Source of the DNA: an uncultured Fidelibacterota bacterium
Lineage (GTDB): Bacteria; Fidelibacterota; Marinisomatia; Marinisomatales; UBA1611
DNA length: 64,000 bases
Direction of reading: 5' to 3'
Assembly (NCBI GenBank): GCA_902602795.1
Contig: CACKSF010000001.1
Span: forward strand, 5,601 to 69,600
The notes beneath the pieces were generated by a model that was not told the DNA's origin, did not search any database, and saw nothing but the letters and a program-made list of their open reading frames with translations. Of the stretch, positions 62,569 to 64,000 are shown in pieces (the first letter of the stretch is position 1; each line of letters opens with the position of its first letter). The position numbers and the translations under genes were made by a program.

Positions 62569-63213
62569 TTATGCGACATGCTTAAAATAGTTTAATGTCA
62601 TTCCGCTTAGAACTGGGATTGTAACATTGTCAATTCCAAAAGTTTGCACCAATTCTGCCATTGTAAGAATGAAAGCAATAATTAAAATTGATATTATGCT
62701 TAGCTCAATACCTAAAATAAAAATGAATAAATATGATATAATGACTGTTGTTATAAAGAAAGATAAACTTCCCCCTAGAGATTTTTTTTGCCCGAAGACT
62801 ATGATTTCTTTATATTTGTAATATTTACCAATAATGCTAGCAATTGAGTCAGAAAATCCGCCAACTAACATACCGTAAATGAATGCAGTTTTATCTAATG
62901 GAAGAAAGCAATAAGTAGCAATTAAAACCCCAATCGGATAGGCCTCGGCACCGAATGTAGTTCTATCTACTGAATGAATTGATTTAAAAATATTCCTATA
63001 CTTTGTGAAAGAAGTGATTATCACAAATATAAAACAAATCAAATATATTTCTGAATTACTTAAAGTATATGGGAAAGTACATACAGTAACACAAGAAGCT
63101 ATATGAACAATCTTTCTGCTGTTGTTGGAGTCTAATAAGAATTGGTGCTTTATAAAATCAGTTACTACGAAGAGGAAAATCAGTAGTAAGATATAAATAG
63201 TTATTATTAGCAT
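62569..63213 (-). CDS. CTP-transferase-1 family membrane protein (CdsA / dolichol- or phytol-kinase-like)
   Basis: Multi-TM; GGFSDSIASIIGKYYKYK....KKSLGGSLSFF matches the D-x-x-A-x-x-x-G...KS-x-x-G motif of the family. Confidence 0.55.
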   Translation of the reverse strand: MLIITIYILLLIFLFVVTDFIKHQFLLDSNNSRKIVHIASCVTVCTFPYTLSNSEIYLICFIFVIITSFTKYRNIFKSIHSVDRTTFGAEAYPIGVLIATYCFLPLDKTAFIYGMLVGGFSDSIASIIGKYYKYKEIIVFGQKKSLGGSLSFFITTVIISYLFIFILGIELSIISILIIAFILTMAELVQTFGIDNVTIPVLSGMTLNYFKHVA

Positions 63214-64000
63214 ATATCAAATTCATATGATGCATAGGACCTAAATAATGTTACATCTGGATTGGGCATATTTTTAACCCTATTATCATCCTTAACAAGC
63301 GCATATATTATTTTAGTATATTTTGAATCAATAGCATCTGCATGCATTTGATATACTATAGCATTAGCTATTCCCATTTTTTGATATTCTGGAAGAATGC
63401 CAATTGTTTTAAAAATCAAGGTATTTACATCGTTTTCTATATAATTGCAAAAACCAATTAGTTTTTGATTCAAATGTATTGTATCAAAAAACATTTTAGG
63501 ATTCATATTGTTCTTGAAAGAAAATAAATTTAAAAAATATTCTTTTGATATTTTATTATATCCCCAATTTTTAGCAAATATTATTTCAATAATTCTAAAT
63601 AATTCAATCGATAGATTTCTATCAATTGATTTCCAATGTTTGATTACCAATCCCATATTTTTGTGTTTATCAAAGTAAGGTTTAGAGATTTTCATAATAT
63701 TATTAAAGTTTGTCCTATATCCGGAAGAATATGTTATGATATTTTTAGGACAATGAACTTTCATAAATTGATGATCTTCCTTATTGCTAAAAAACTCCCC
63801 TTTAAAAAAGGAACTTCCATCGGATTTTGAAATAAATCTATATGGGAAAAATGTAGTACCGTGAACTGGTCCTCTTAGGCGTTTAATCTTCATTTTTTTA
63901 CAAGTTTGAATAATCTCCTTCCATAAATTTGAATCATTTTTATAATTATTAAAAGTAGTGTACCCAAAATAGGCTTCTGAAGATTTTTTTTTGGGGGACA
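63207..64000 (-). CDS. GNAT-like acetyltransferase-domain protein (5' end outside the window)
   Basis: IGILPEYQKMGIANAIVYQM is acetyl-CoA motif-A-like. The frame stays open upstream of the 63893 Met to the window edge (..SPKKKSSEAYFGYTTFNNYKNDSNLWKEIIQTCKKM..). Confidence 0.5.
   Translation of the reverse strand, partial: SPKKKSSEAYFGYTTFNNYKNDSNLWKEIIQTCKKMKIKRLRGPVHGTTFFPYRFISKSDGSSFFKGEFFSNKEDHQFMKVHCPKNIITYSSGYRTNFNNIMKISKPYFDKHKNMGLVIKHWKSIDRNLSIELFRIIEIIFAKNWGYNKISKEYFLNLFSFKNNMNPKMFFDTIHLNQKLIGFCNYIENDVNTLIFKTIGILPEYQKMGIANAIVYQMHADAIDSKYTKIIYALVKDDNRVKNMPNPDVTLFRSYASYEFDIC

Overview
AT-rich bacterial chromosome segment. Many secreted proteins end in a 'YPNPFNP...GVYFY...K' T9SS sorting domain, which suggests a marine FCB-superphylum organism, possibly Marinimicrobia- or Ignavibacteria-like; the lineage call is inference only. 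Positions 1-42.2 kb are tightly packed core genes. They include a MerR-headed acyl-CoA/AtuA-type catabolic operon, a giant TonB-dependent receptor with a T9SS partner, and etfBA with a membrane EtfD-like oxidoreductase. A long selD-rrf2-suf operon follows, in which selD carries an in-frame TGA at the catalytic Cys/Sec position. The core block ends with a Castor/Pollux-like channel, korAB, fumC, PBP1A, thymidine phosphorylase and an LptF/G permease. tRNA-His and tRNA-Pro at 42.24-42.40 kb open a ~20 kb flexible region (42.4-62.5 kb). Its first 8.4 kb is an integrative element in tRNA-Pro, bounded by 45-bp direct repeats. The element's integrase, primase-helicase and Xis-like genes carry in-frame stops or a frameshift, so it looks like a fossil. 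The most unusual feature is a ~50-bp repeat consisting of a terminator-like hairpin plus a conserved box, consensus AAGCCCCACATTCGTGGGGTTTTTTGTTTGTGGGATGATGGGTAGATTTG. It occurs at least 13 times, always in the same orientation, and divides the flexible region into mostly single-gene cassettes. The cassettes encode T9SS cargo (including a di-haem cytochrome), small membrane proteins, an esterase, an acyltransferase, a class III cyclase and similar accessory genes. Two further repeat families (B and C) are interleaved with it, and one C copy splits an A copy with a 7-bp duplication. All calls come from reading the ORF translations and the sequence by eye; no database search was possible.
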